Shown here piece by piece: positions 1 through 8,354 of a stretch of DNA of 64,000 nucleotides (the stretch's first letter is position 1; every line of letters starts with the position of its first letter). The DNA lies in the IMG/VR virus record IMGVR_UViG_3300047476_002078, positions 248,001 through 312,000 of that record. The stretch is one strand, 5' to 3'. The translations under genes and the position numbers were made by a program. A model generated the notes under the pieces. It saw only the letters and a list, made by a program, of their open reading frames with translations. It was not told the origin of the DNA and made no database searches.

Positions 1-323
1 TCAGAAGCTCCAATTTGGAATTGGTTTGTACCTGCTCCCAAGAACAATATTTTTCCATTGATTAAAACTAAAGGGTTTTTAATCTTGATGGCATTTTTCC
101 AAAAACTACTTCCGTTTTCAGGTCGAGTAGTGATCTCACCACGAGTAATGAAACCAGATTTGTGAAAAGACCGTAAAATATCACTAATAATAGTATTTTG
201 AATATTTTGAAGTAAATTGAACTCAGAGTCCAAAGGCGGTCTAAGTGGTTGAAAAACAACTGAATTAAAAGATTTATCTTTTGCTTCAAGAACTCTTGAG
301 ACTTTGTTTCCTAATTTCTGCAT
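1..323 (-). CDS. Truncated tail/baseplate-associated protein (runs off left edge); paralog of 38285..39547
   Basis: Not in the ORF track. Manual translation from ATG at 323 gives MQKLGNKVSRVLEAKDKSFNSVVFQPLRPPLDSEFNLLQ..., open to the window edge. It shares the VSR...V.F....LDSE.N.LQ N-terminal motif with 38285..39547. Confidence 0.75.
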   Translation of the reverse strand, partial: MQKLGNKVSRVLEAKDKSFNSVVFQPLRPPLDSEFNLLQNIQNTIISDILRSFHKSGFITRGEITTRPENGSSFWKNAIKIKNPLVLINGKILFLGAGTNQFQIGAS

Positions 324-378
324 CTTCTATCTCTTCATTTCAATTTGTAGAATAATAACTATGATTTATAAATGTAAA

Positions 379-660
379 TTAGTCGAAAATGCACTTTACA
401 TAAATACCGTCATGTAAAATTATTCGTACTCCTTGTATTTTTAATTTTCCTGCTTTTGTACATTCTGGACAGAAAACTCCATCAAAATGTTCATAGATTC
501 CCATGATTGAATTTGTTACTTTGTCTCCAATTTTAAAATATTTTTCTTTATCTTCAAAAAAGGAAGGAGTTCCTAATTCAACAGAACCTTTATAGTCACA
601 AGTAGAGCACTTGAAACCGTCACAAAAAAATTTGTTAATCTTTATTGGAAAGTTATACAC
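379..660 (-). CDS. Small Zn-ribbon hypothetical protein
   Basis: CSTC...CPEC Cys pairs. Confidence 0.6.
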   Translation of the reverse strand: MYNFPIKINKFFCDGFKCSTCDYKGSVELGTPSFFEDKEKYFKIGDKVTNSIMGIYEHFDGVFCPECTKAGKLKIQGVRIILHDGIYVKCIFD

Positions 661-689
661 AGAGATATTGTAGTAAGCAGAAAGAATAA

Positions 690-1037
690 TTATTCATATA
701 AATTATAATTATTCCAATGATCTGCTTCTATCCAGCGTATTTTTTGAACACCTTTATAGTTTGGATTGTTTTGAAAAGAAGAAACTTCTTTAATCTTTTT
801 AACAGATAATTGTTTGTAACAAGTATCACCGAAATTATCAGTGATACAAAGAACAACACAATCTTCATCGTTCAAACAATTAAAGACTTCTTCAAATATA
901 CCGTACCCTCTATTTTGGATAGAAGGTACACAATACCATAAAACATTCCTATCAGTTTTTTTAAACTGACTCGCAGGAACAGGATTACCAGCAAGTTGGA
1001 TTAATTTAACCCAACCAGCTTCATCAACTTTAACCAT
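690..1037 (-). CDS. Hypothetical protein
   Basis: 115-aa ORF co-oriented with neighbours. Confidence 0.6.
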   Translation of the reverse strand: MVKVDEAGWVKLIQLAGNPVPASQFKKTDRNVLWYCVPSIQNRGYGIFEEVFNCLNDEDCVVLCITDNFGDTCYKQLSVKKIKEVSSFQNNPNYKGVQKIRWIEADHWNNYNLYE

Positions 1038-1115
1038 TTTGAAAACATTTAATATTTATTTTTGATTACAAAGGGAAATATTAAAACCCTTTTGCCGGAC
1101 TAATTCGGTCTTTCT

Positions 1116-1190
1116 CATGAAGAACATGAAACATAAGCATGAGTTGTTTTTGTTATTTCTCCTACTACCGTTTTTTCTTCTTTAGCTTTT
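1116..1190. repeat. 75-bp exact direct repeat, copy 1
   Basis: catgaagaacatgaaacataagcatgag...tttagctttt, identical to 1456-1530. Confidence 0.95.
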
Positions 1191-1455
1191 CTTCTAGCAA
1201 GTTACCTGCCCCCTCAGAGTCTCATAGGTTTAGTCTTTTGGAGAGTATAGTATTAAATACATCATCTCCCTAGCATCCTAATACAGGTGAGTTGCAATTT
1301 GATTATTCATAAAAAAATATTCAATTGCAATAGTATAGTTGAAAATTTTTTAAAATTTTTATTTTACGGTATTTTGTTAAATTATTTACGGTAATCTATA
1401 ACGTACTATGTTAAATTTAACAGAATTAATAACACGTATTGTTATTTTATTTTGC

Positions 1456-1530
1456 CATGAAGAACATGAAACATAAGCATGAGTTGTTTTTGTTATTTCT
1501 CCTACTACCGTTTTTTCTTCTTTAGCTTTT
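1456..1530. repeat. 75-bp exact direct repeat, copy 2 (340-bp period)
   Basis: Identical to 1116-1190. Confidence 0.95.
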
Positions 1531-1616
1531 TTAATGCTTAAAAAAGAAAGAGAGAGATAATATATAATATAATATAGTAAAACATATATTGTTCTAATTT
1601 GACTTATTTTGTCAGG

Positions 1617-1646
1617 ATAATAAATAAAGATTTTACGGTAAATCAA
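1617..1646 (-). promoter_or_regulatory. Putative leftward sigma70 promoter containing a TTTACCGTAAA box
   Basis: Minus strand TTGATT-18-TATTAT; perfect palindromic box at 1632-1642. Confidence 0.55.
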
Positions 1647-1718
1647 GCTACAGTAAATTAATTAATAAACCCGTGATTAGTTTTCTTTAAAGGAATATAA
1701 ATCGGAGGGATACTTATT

Positions 1719-2228
1719 GTGGTTAAGGATGAGTTAAAACGAACCATAAAGTTTGCTGAAGGTTTAGGATTAAAAATCCGTTTTGTGAAAAGAAACGGAG
1801 ATTATCATGGTTGTTATGTTCATCCTGATAAAAAACAAACAGGTGAAATAGAAATATGTCGTGGACCTAGAACGACAGTTACATTTCAAATAATAACCCT
1901 TTTGCATGAAATAGGGCATCATTTAGATTATACGGAAAGGTTAAAGATTCCTGACGCATACTGCAAGGTAGGGGATAATTCAACCCCTAAGTGGGCAAGG
2001 AAAGCTATCTTTAATGCAGAGAAAAGGGCTGTAGGCTTCGGAGAACAGCTTTATTGGACTTTGATGCTGAAGATACCTTTTTGGAAAGTTAAAAAAGAAT
2101 TGGATACTGATATTTACATATATCGTCATTTTTATATTTATGGTGATTATCCTACAGGTAAAGCTATCGCAGAGTACCAAAAAAGATGGGATAAGAAAAA
2201 AAAGAATTCACTTCTTTACCGTAAATAA
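1719..2228 (+). CDS. Zn metallopeptidase-like protein (ImmA/IrrE-type HExxH)
   Basis: TLLHEIGHH motif with downstream AEKRA; GGAGG RBS before GTG. Confidence 0.65.
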   Translation: MVKDELKRTIKFAEGLGLKIRFVKRNGDYHGCYVHPDKKQTGEIEICRGPRTTVTFQIITLLHEIGHHLDYTERLKIPDAYCKVGDNSTPKWARKAIFNAEKRAVGFGEQLYWTLMLKIPFWKVKKELDTDIYIYRHFYIYGDYPTGKAIAEYQKRWDKKKKNSLLYRK

Positions 2229-2239
2229 AAATACAATCT

Positions 2240-2268
2240 TTGACTTACCGTAAAATCGACTTTAACCT
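2240..2268 (+). promoter_or_regulatory. sigma70 promoter with operator-like box in the spacer
   Basis: TTGACT-17-TAACCT; CTTACCGTAAA at 2244-2254 and a perfect box at 2215-2225. Confidence 0.65.
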
Positions 2269-2308
2269 TATTCCTCAAAAGTTTAACAACACTAAGGAGA
2301 GTGTTCTT

Positions 2309-2665
2309 ATGCTCAAGAAGGCAGATAGACTAAAAATTGAAAAACTTATGAAAGCTGAAATTGTTTCCCTTCAGGAACAATTGAATAGCATTGAAATTCA
2401 ACCCTCTTCAAACTCTGGAGATAGTGCAGACATGAGTGCTTCACTGTACGACGAGCACGCAGCTATTTTAATGAAAGAAAGGTTGTCTAAAAAAATTCAC
2501 GAGTACAAACAAGCATTAGCAAGAATCAATGACTCTGATTTTGGTATTTGTGAAGAAACTGGAGAACCTATCGAAGTAAAGAGACTTTTAATGGTTCCTA
2601 CCACTCGATTGTCAATTGAGGCTCAACAAAGATTAGAAAGCGAAAAAAGAAACTTTTACAGATGA
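2309..2665 (+). CDS. dksA: DksA/TraR family RNA polymerase-binding protein (single-Cys type)
   Basis: GDSADMSA coiled-coil tip (DxxD); ALARI...FGICEETGEPIEVKRL..VPTTRLSIEAQ; AAGGAG RBS favours ATG 2309. Confidence 0.85.
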   Translation: MLKKADRLKIEKLMKAEIVSLQEQLNSIEIQPSSNSGDSADMSASLYDEHAAILMKERLSKKIHEYKQALARINDSDFGICEETGEPIEVKRLLMVPTTRLSIEAQQRLESEKRNFYR

Positions 2666-3315
2666 ATCAACCTAGAGCTTTCCATTTTTTGAATATGTTT
2701 ACGGATAATTGCCCTCCGTGCATGATCTTTTATGGGAAAAATGAAGGTGATAAAAAAATCATATTTGAAGAATTTTTCAAAAACGATGAGATTCATTTTT
2801 TTGACAAACCTAAACTGGATGAATTGTTAGAAATAAAAAAATGGATTTTTTTAAAACCTGCATCTAGGTATAAAGTTATCTTTATTAAAAAAGCTGATTT
2901 TATATCAAAAGAAGCCTCAAATTTTTTGCTGAAAATAATTGAAGAATCCCCAGATTACGTTCGATGGGTCATATCCACAGATTCATTGAATATTTTAGGA
3001 GCTTTGAAATCTCGAAGTTTTTTAATACCTTTCACAGAAGAAGAAAAAAATTTAGACGAGTTAGAAGGGAAGATTTTCGATATTTTAAAATCACGTTTGT
3101 ACTGCAATGCTTACAAATATTTATTGGATATTAAAAAAGCCGAATACTCTGAAGAAGAGTTAAAGCAAAAATACCTAGATATTTGTAATGTCTTGATTAA
3201 ATTTTACGCTAATCATAGTAAAAAACTTCATCTTATACAAAAAGCTAAAAACATTATTGATAAAAATGTTCGATCTGAAACAATTTTAAAAACCCTTTTT
3301 ATTCAGGTGCTTTAA
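2662..3315 (+). CDS. holB: DNA polymerase III delta'-like clamp loader subunit
   Basis: YKVIFIKKADFISKEASNFLLKIIEESP...ILGALKSRS matches the HolB pattern (A.NaLLK.lEEP...i.SRC). Confidence 0.7.
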   Translation: MNQPRAFHFLNMFTDNCPPCMIFYGKNEGDKKIIFEEFFKNDEIHFFDKPKLDELLEIKKWIFLKPASRYKVIFIKKADFISKEASNFLLKIIEESPDYVRWVISTDSLNILGALKSRSFLIPFTEEEKNLDELEGKIFDILKSRLYCNAYKYLLDIKKAEYSEEELKQKYLDICNVLIKFYANHSKKLHLIQKAKNIIDKNVRSETILKTLFIQVL

Positions 3316-4262
3316 TGAATTTTTCAGAGTTTAAAGACCAAGATAATTTTGATTTTAAAGTTTATGTTTTAAATGGAGAGGAAGAACTATACAAAGTTTT
3401 AGCTAAAGAAAAAATCAGAGATTCTTTTAAGACTTTGGAAATAGATTATGTTGATTCAGAATTAGAAGTTTCAGAGTTTTATTCCAAAATAGACTCGTCT
3501 GATTTATTTCCTCATCCTAAATTATTTTACATAAATAATACTAGCAACAACTTATCAAAACAAAAACAGTTTTGGAGTTACGTAAAAAGTTCAGACAGTG
3601 AAAGCATTTATATAATCAATTCTTTAAAAGAAAAAGTACCGACTGAAATTAAATCTATAGAAATTAAATGTGATAAGATTAAAGACTCTCAAAAAGACGT
3701 ATGTAAAGCGGTAGGTGAAATAGCTCAAAGTTTAGGTATTGCAATATCGGTTACAGACTTACCGATATTTTATTCTCTATATAAAAATAATTTATTTGCT
3801 ATCTACCAAGAATTAAAAAAATGTAAAACTTATTTGGATTCTAAAAAAACTTCTTATTTAGAATCCAAGGACATTTTTAAAATTGTTAGCCCTGCACTAG
3901 AAAAAGACCCGTTCATTTTTGCTAACAACTTTATGCACCGTAAATTAAAATCTTGTATAGCTAACCTACCAAACGAATCGGATTTTATACCTCAGTTTGG
4001 TAACATCTTTAATACTGCCGAGAAAATTTTAGTTTATAAATCAGCCAAACTATCAAAAATGAGTGACGATGAAATTTGTAAAAAATACGAGATAAATCCT
4101 TTTTATCTCAAATACAATTTATTGTCTGTTGAAAAAATGTGGAGTGTTAAAGAACTGTCTGAATTAATGATAGAAATTGAGAGTATTAATTGCAAAATTA
4201 GACGTTTTAATTTTACGGTAAAAGAGGCTATACTTAACCTCGTTTTTCAGTATTGTAAGTAA
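3315..4262 (+). CDS. holA: DNA polymerase III delta-like clamp loader subunit
   Basis: VYVLNGEEELY N-terminus, SDLF..KL, QELKK, INPFY; adjacent to the holB-like gene. Confidence 0.65.
   Translation: MNFSEFKDQDNFDFKVYVLNGEEELYKVLAKEKIRDSFKTLEIDYVDSELEVSEFYSKIDSSDLFPHPKLFYINNTSNNLSKQKQFWSYVKSSDSESIYIINSLKEKVPTEIKSIEIKCDKIKDSQKDVCKAVGEIAQSLGIAISVTDLPIFYSLYKNNLFAIYQELKKCKTYLDSKKTSYLESKDIFKIVSPALEKDPFIFANNFMHRKLKSCIANLPNESDFIPQFGNIFNTAEKILVYKSAKLSKMSDDEICKKYEINPFYLKYNLLSVEKMWSVKELSELMIEIESINCKIRRFNFTVKEAILNLVFQYCK
4206..4234 (+). promoter_or_regulatory. Putative promoter with a perfect TTTACGGTAAA box, upstream of the 4273-nrdAB-ligA genes
   Basis: TTTAAT-17-TATACT; box at 4212-4222 starts the spacer. 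Confidence 0.45.
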
Positions 4263-4272
4263 AGAGGAAAAC

Positions 4273-4962
4273 ATGGAATTAGAGAAAAAAGATATAGAGA
4301 TACTTTTAGCAGATGAATATTTTCCTGCCTCAAAATATTTAGGTGAAGGTTTCAATAATTGGTATTATCACGAACATTTAGTACAATCTGAAAAGAAGAT
4401 GCAGGTTTTTGTAAACGGTCACACTCATAATTTACCTATTATAAGCCGATCAATTATTTTTAAATGGTTAATGCCGCAAAAACCTTGCTTATACTCCGAA
4501 GAGGATTTTTACAATGACTTAGATAGAAAAGCAGGTATCTATCGTCTTTCTGTTGGAGAAAAAATCTGTATCTCGGAAAAAGAACTTAAAGAAATCGCAA
4601 AAGGGTATGTAAAAGTAGATAATGATTACTTAAAAAAGTTACAAGAGTTAGTGGAAAAATCATTCACTTTTTATTCAATAAAAATACCTATCGTGAATAT
4701 TCGTCTTGATGAAATACCTGATTCCTCTTTTAATCATCTTTACGAAATCCATACAGGAAGCTGGGTTTCTAAAATAAAAGAGATAGAAGAACAGCAAAAA
4801 GAATCACAAGAAAAAGCTAAAATTAAATCATTACTCCAAGTTAAAGACACTTTGAGTTCTTTTCCTGATTATCTTTCGATTTTGAAAGACTTAGTATCTG
4901 GAAAAATTTCTATAAATGAAGTCGAATCAAAACATGTTGGAATTTTTGTAAAGGGAATTTAA
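4273..4962 (+). CDS. Hypothetical protein
   Basis: 229 aa; GAGG RBS. Confidence 0.7.
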   Translation: MELEKKDIEILLADEYFPASKYLGEGFNNWYYHEHLVQSEKKMQVFVNGHTHNLPIISRSIIFKWLMPQKPCLYSEEDFYNDLDRKAGIYRLSVGEKICISEKELKEIAKGYVKVDNDYLKKLQELVEKSFTFYSIKIPIVNIRLDEIPDSSFNHLYEIHTGSWVSKIKEIEEQQKESQEKAKIKSLLQVKDTLSSFPDYLSILKDLVSGKISINEVESKHVGIFVKGI

Positions 4963-4964
4963 TT

Positions 4965-7274
4965 ATGTACGTTGTAAAAAGAAATGGTAAAAAAGAAGAA
5001 GTTAGATTTGATAAAATTCTCCAAAGAGTAAAAGCTTTCACTTCAGACTTAATTGTTGAACCTGTAAGTGTTTCTCAAAAAGTTGTAGCAGGTTTGCATG
5101 AAGGTATCACAACAAAAGCTATAGATAATTTATTAGCTGAAACTGCCTCTGTTTTAGCCAGTGAGCATCCTGACTATGCAAAACTAGCTGCCAGAATAGC
5201 GGTAAGTTCTCTACACAAAGAAACTACTACTTTTTACCAAACTATGAAAATGCTCTATAAAGAGGGTTACATTTCAGATGATTTTATCCAAGTAGTTAAA
5301 CAAAATGGAACTGTTATTGAGTCTGCTATTAAGTACGATAGAGATTTTGATTTTGATTATTTCGGATACAAAACTTTAGAAAAATCATACCTGTTGAAAA
5401 TTAACGGGAAAATTGTTGAAAGACCTCAACATTTATTCATGAGAGTAGCTATCGGTGTTTGTGGTTCAGACTTAGATAAAGTTTTTGAGTTATACGATCT
5501 AATGTCACAAGGATACTACACTCATGCCACGCCTACTTTATTTAATGCTGGGACTAAAAGACCTCAGATGTCATCTTGCTTCTTAATTTCTATGGAAGAT
5601 GATTCTATTGACGGTATTTATAACACTCTTAAAGAGTGTGCCTTAATCTCTAAACATGCTGGAGGCATTGGTCTTCATGTTCATAATGTAAGAGCACAAG
5701 GTTCTCATATCAAGGGAACTAATGGGACTTCAAATGGGATTATTCCTATGTTGAAAGTTTTTAACGAGACTGCTAGGTACGTGGACCAAGGTGGCGGAAA
5801 AAGAAAAGGGTCTATTGCAATTTATATTGAACCTTGGCACGCAGACATTGAAGCCTTTCTCGATCTTAAAAAGAACACAGGAAAAGAAGAATTCAGAGCA
5901 CGGGATTTATTTTTAGCCTTATGGGTTCCTGATCTTTTCATGAAGAGAGTAGAGGCAGATCAAGATTGGTCTTTAATGTGTCCAAACGAGTGTCCTGACC
6001 TATCTGATTCTGTTGGCGATGCTTTTGAAAAACTTTATACAAAGTATGAAAAAGAAGGAAAGGTTAGAAAAACTATTAAAGCTAGAGAAATTATGATGAG
6101 AATCATGGAGTCTCTTTCTGAAACAGGGGTTCCTTATATTTTATTCAAAGATGCTGCTAATTTGAAATCTAACCAACAAAATATCGGTGTGATTAAATCT
6201 TCAAATCTTTGTACAGAAATTTTGGAAGTATCAACTCCAGAAGAAACTGCCGTTTGTAATTTAGCTAGTATCTGTCTCCCTAAGTTTATCGTGGAAAAGA
6301 AAGGTAAAAAGTATTTCGATTTTGATAAGCTTATTGAGGTTGTTAAGGTTTCTACTAGAAATCTTAATTTTGTTATCGACAAAAACTTTTACCCTACGGA
6401 AAAAACAAAACGCTCTAACATGAGACACAGACCTATTGGAATCGGTGTTCAAGGGTTAGCAGACGTATTTTACGCTTTGGGGTATGCTTACGATTCCCAA
6501 GAAGCTAAAGAATTGAATAAAGAAATTTTTGAGGCAATGTATTTCGGAGCGTGTACTTCATCAATGGAGCTTGCAAAAGAACACGGTGCTTACGAAACAT
6601 TTCAAGGCTCACCTGCTTCTCAAGGCAAATTACAGTTTGATTTATGGGGTGTAAATCCTTCTGAGAAATACGATTGGAATTCTCTTAAAGAAGAAATTAA
6701 GCAACATGGGATGAGAAACTCGTTACTAATAGCTCCCATGCCTACAGCTTCCACTTCTCAAATTTTTGGTAATACTGAAGCTTTTGAGCCAGTAACATCT
6801 AACATTTATAAGCGTCAGACTCTTGCAGGTGAATTTATTGTTGTTAATAAATATTTAGTTCGTGATCTTCAAAAATTAAATCTTTGGAATGGTGTTATTA
6901 GAGACAAGATTATTTCAGAAAATGGTTCGGTTCAAAATATTCCAGAGATTCCTGCTAATGTTAAAGAGGTTTATAAAACTGTTTGGGAAATGTCTCAAAA
7001 AGTTATTATTGATTTAGCCGCAGATAGAGGTCCATTTATTTGTCAATCTCAGTCAATGAATCTTTACTTTGCTAAACCTAACTTTGGAGCAATGAATTCA
7101 GCGTTGTTCTACGGATGGAAAAAAGGTCTTAAAACTGGAAGTTACTACACAAGATCACGTCCAGCGGTAGATGCAGTTAAAGTGACAACAAAGATTGAAG
7201 AAAAAGTTCAACAAGCTGAAGCTTTAGTTTGCTCACTTGAAAATCCTGAAGCTTGTGAGGCTTGTGGGTCATGA
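4965..7274 (+). CDS. nrdA: Ribonucleotide reductase class Ia alpha subunit with ATP cone
   Basis: VVKRNG ATP cone, HATPTLFNAG, QMSSCFL, SNLCTEI, LIAPMPTAST, GLKTGSYY, C-terminal CEAC. Confidence 0.97.
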   Translation: MYVVKRNGKKEEVRFDKILQRVKAFTSDLIVEPVSVSQKVVAGLHEGITTKAIDNLLAETASVLASEHPDYAKLAARIAVSSLHKETTTFYQTMKMLYKEGYISDDFIQVVKQNGTVIESAIKYDRDFDFDYFGYKTLEKSYLLKINGKIVERPQHLFMRVAIGVCGSDLDKVFELYDLMSQGYYTHATPTLFNAGTKRPQMSSCFLISMEDDSIDGIYNTLKECALISKHAGGIGLHVHNVRAQGSHIKGTNGTSNGIIPMLKVFNETARYVDQGGGKRKGSIAIYIEPWHADIEAFLDLKKNTGKEEFRARDLFLALWVPDLFMKRVEADQDWSLMCPNECPDLSDSVGDAFEKLYTKYEKEGKVRKTIKAREIMMRIMESLSETGVPYILFKDAANLKSNQQNIGVIKSSNLCTEILEVSTPEETAVCNLASICLPKFIVEKKGKKYFDFDKLIEVVKVSTRNLNFVIDKNFYPTEKTKRSNMRHRPIGIGVQGLADVFYALGYAYDSQEAKELNKEIFEAMYFGACTSSMELAKEHGAYETFQGSPASQGKLQFDLWGVNPSEKYDWNSLKEEIKQHGMRNSLLIAPMPTASTSQIFGNTEAFEPVTSNIYKRQTLAGEFIVVNKYLVRDLQKLNLWNGVIRDKIISENGSVQNIPEIPANVKEVYKTVWEMSQKVIIDLAADRGPFICQSQSMNLYFAKPNFGAMNSALFYGWKKGLKTGSYYTRSRPAVDAVKVTTKIEEKVQQAEALVCSLENPEACEACGS

Positions 7275-7429
7275 GAACTTTAAATATCCAAATACTGTTT
7301 TTACTTTCGTTATTTGTTATTTATTTCGCAACAGTGTTGCTATTACCTATGGCAACACTTACCGAAAAGCAGTCTCATCAAATGTTTCAAACAATTATAA
7401 AAGCAACAGAGGTTAATAATGAGCAATAA
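7271..7429 (+). CDS. Possible 52-aa membrane microprotein between nrdA and nrdB
   Basis: ATGA overlap with the nrdA stop; MRTLNIQILFLLSLFVIYFATVLLLPM... hydrophobic helix; below the ORF track cutoff. Confidence 0.4.
   Translation: MRTLNIQILFLLSLFVIYFATVLLLPMATLTEKQSHQMFQTIIKATEVNNEQ
7333..7359. other. 10-bp stem-loop in the nrdA-nrdB interval
   Basis: agtgttgcta-ttaccta-tggcaacact. Confidence 0.6.
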
Positions 7430-8342
7430 ATATTCCATCTTTCCAATTAAAAAACAAAAATTATGGGAAGCTTTTAAAAATCACGAGAAAACATTTTGGA
7501 CAGCCGAAGAGTTAGATTTTGGTGCAGATTTAACAGATTTAAAAAAACTCAATCAAGACGAATTACATTTTCTTAAATATGTTTTGGCTTTTTTTTCCCA
7601 ATCAGACGGAATAGTTAATGAAAATTTAGCAATCAGGTTTTATAAAGACGTAGATATTCCAGAAGCAAGAGCTTTTTATTCTATGCAAATTTTAATCGAA
7701 ACAATTCATGCTGAAGTGTATGGATTGTTAATTGAAACCTATGTTGCAGATGAAGCAGAAAAAGATAAATTGTTCAACGCTATCTCAGAGATACCTGTAA
7801 TTAAGAAAAAGGCTGAATGGGCATTAAAATGGCTATCTTCAAAAGCCTCTTTCGCAGAAAGATTAATTGCTTTTGCCGTAGTTGAAGGAATATTTTTCTC
7901 AGGCTCATTTTGTTCAATCTATTGGCTAAGAAAAAGAGGGTTGTTGCCCGGACTAGCTGCCGCAAATGATCTAATCGCAAGAGATGAAGGATTACATTGG
8001 AACTTTGCAGTTCTTCTTTATCAAGAGATGGGGCTTAAAGTTGAAAAAGATGTTTTTGAAAAAATTGTAAGAGAGGCAGTAGAAATAGAAAAAGATTTTA
8101 TCTGTGATGCTTTACCTGTTAGTCTTATTGGAATGAATAAAGACTTGATGGCTCAATACATAGAATATACTGCCGATAGAGTCAGTCAAAATTTTGGATT
8201 TGGTAAGCTATATAATGTAGAAAACCCTTTCGATTTTATGCAGCTTATTGATATGGAAATTAAAACAAATTTCTTTGAAGCGAGAGTTACAAGCTATCAA
8301 AAACCTATGGATAGGGACCTTGATTTTGACTCTGATTTCTAA
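7419..8342 (+). CDS. nrdB: Ribonucleotide reductase class Ia beta subunit
   Basis: FWTAEE, DGIVNENL, ETIHAEVY (radical Tyr), VEGIFFSGSF, RDEGLH, TNFFE.RV..YQ. Confidence 0.97.
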   Translation: MSNKYSIFPIKKQKLWEAFKNHEKTFWTAEELDFGADLTDLKKLNQDELHFLKYVLAFFSQSDGIVNENLAIRFYKDVDIPEARAFYSMQILIETIHAEVYGLLIETYVADEAEKDKLFNAISEIPVIKKKAEWALKWLSSKASFAERLIAFAVVEGIFFSGSFCSIYWLRKRGLLPGLAAANDLIARDEGLHWNFAVLLYQEMGLKVEKDVFEKIVREAVEIEKDFICDALPVSLIGMNKDLMAQYIEYTADRVSQNFGFGKLYNVENPFDFMQLIDMEIKTNFFEARVTSYQKPMDRDLDFDSDF

Positions 8343-8354
8343 GAGGGATAAAAA

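Noticed and set aside
68-289. ORF-track 73-aa minus-strand ORF
   Set aside because: It is a shadow of the longer frame starting at 323 that carries a recognisable virion-protein motif.
1116-1530. 75-bp repeat pair as a DGR template/variable repeat or CRISPR
   Set aside because: The copies are identical (no adenine-specific mismatches), there are only two, and no reverse transcriptase or cas operon is present.
1386-1646. 86-aa minus-strand ORF
   Set aside because: Its TTG start is the -35 hexamer of a putative promoter; low-complexity Y/I composition, no RBS, and it runs through the repeat.
2240-2308. N-terminal extension of DksA in the ORF track
   Set aside because: It overlaps the promoter; the AAGGAG RBS supports ATG 2309.
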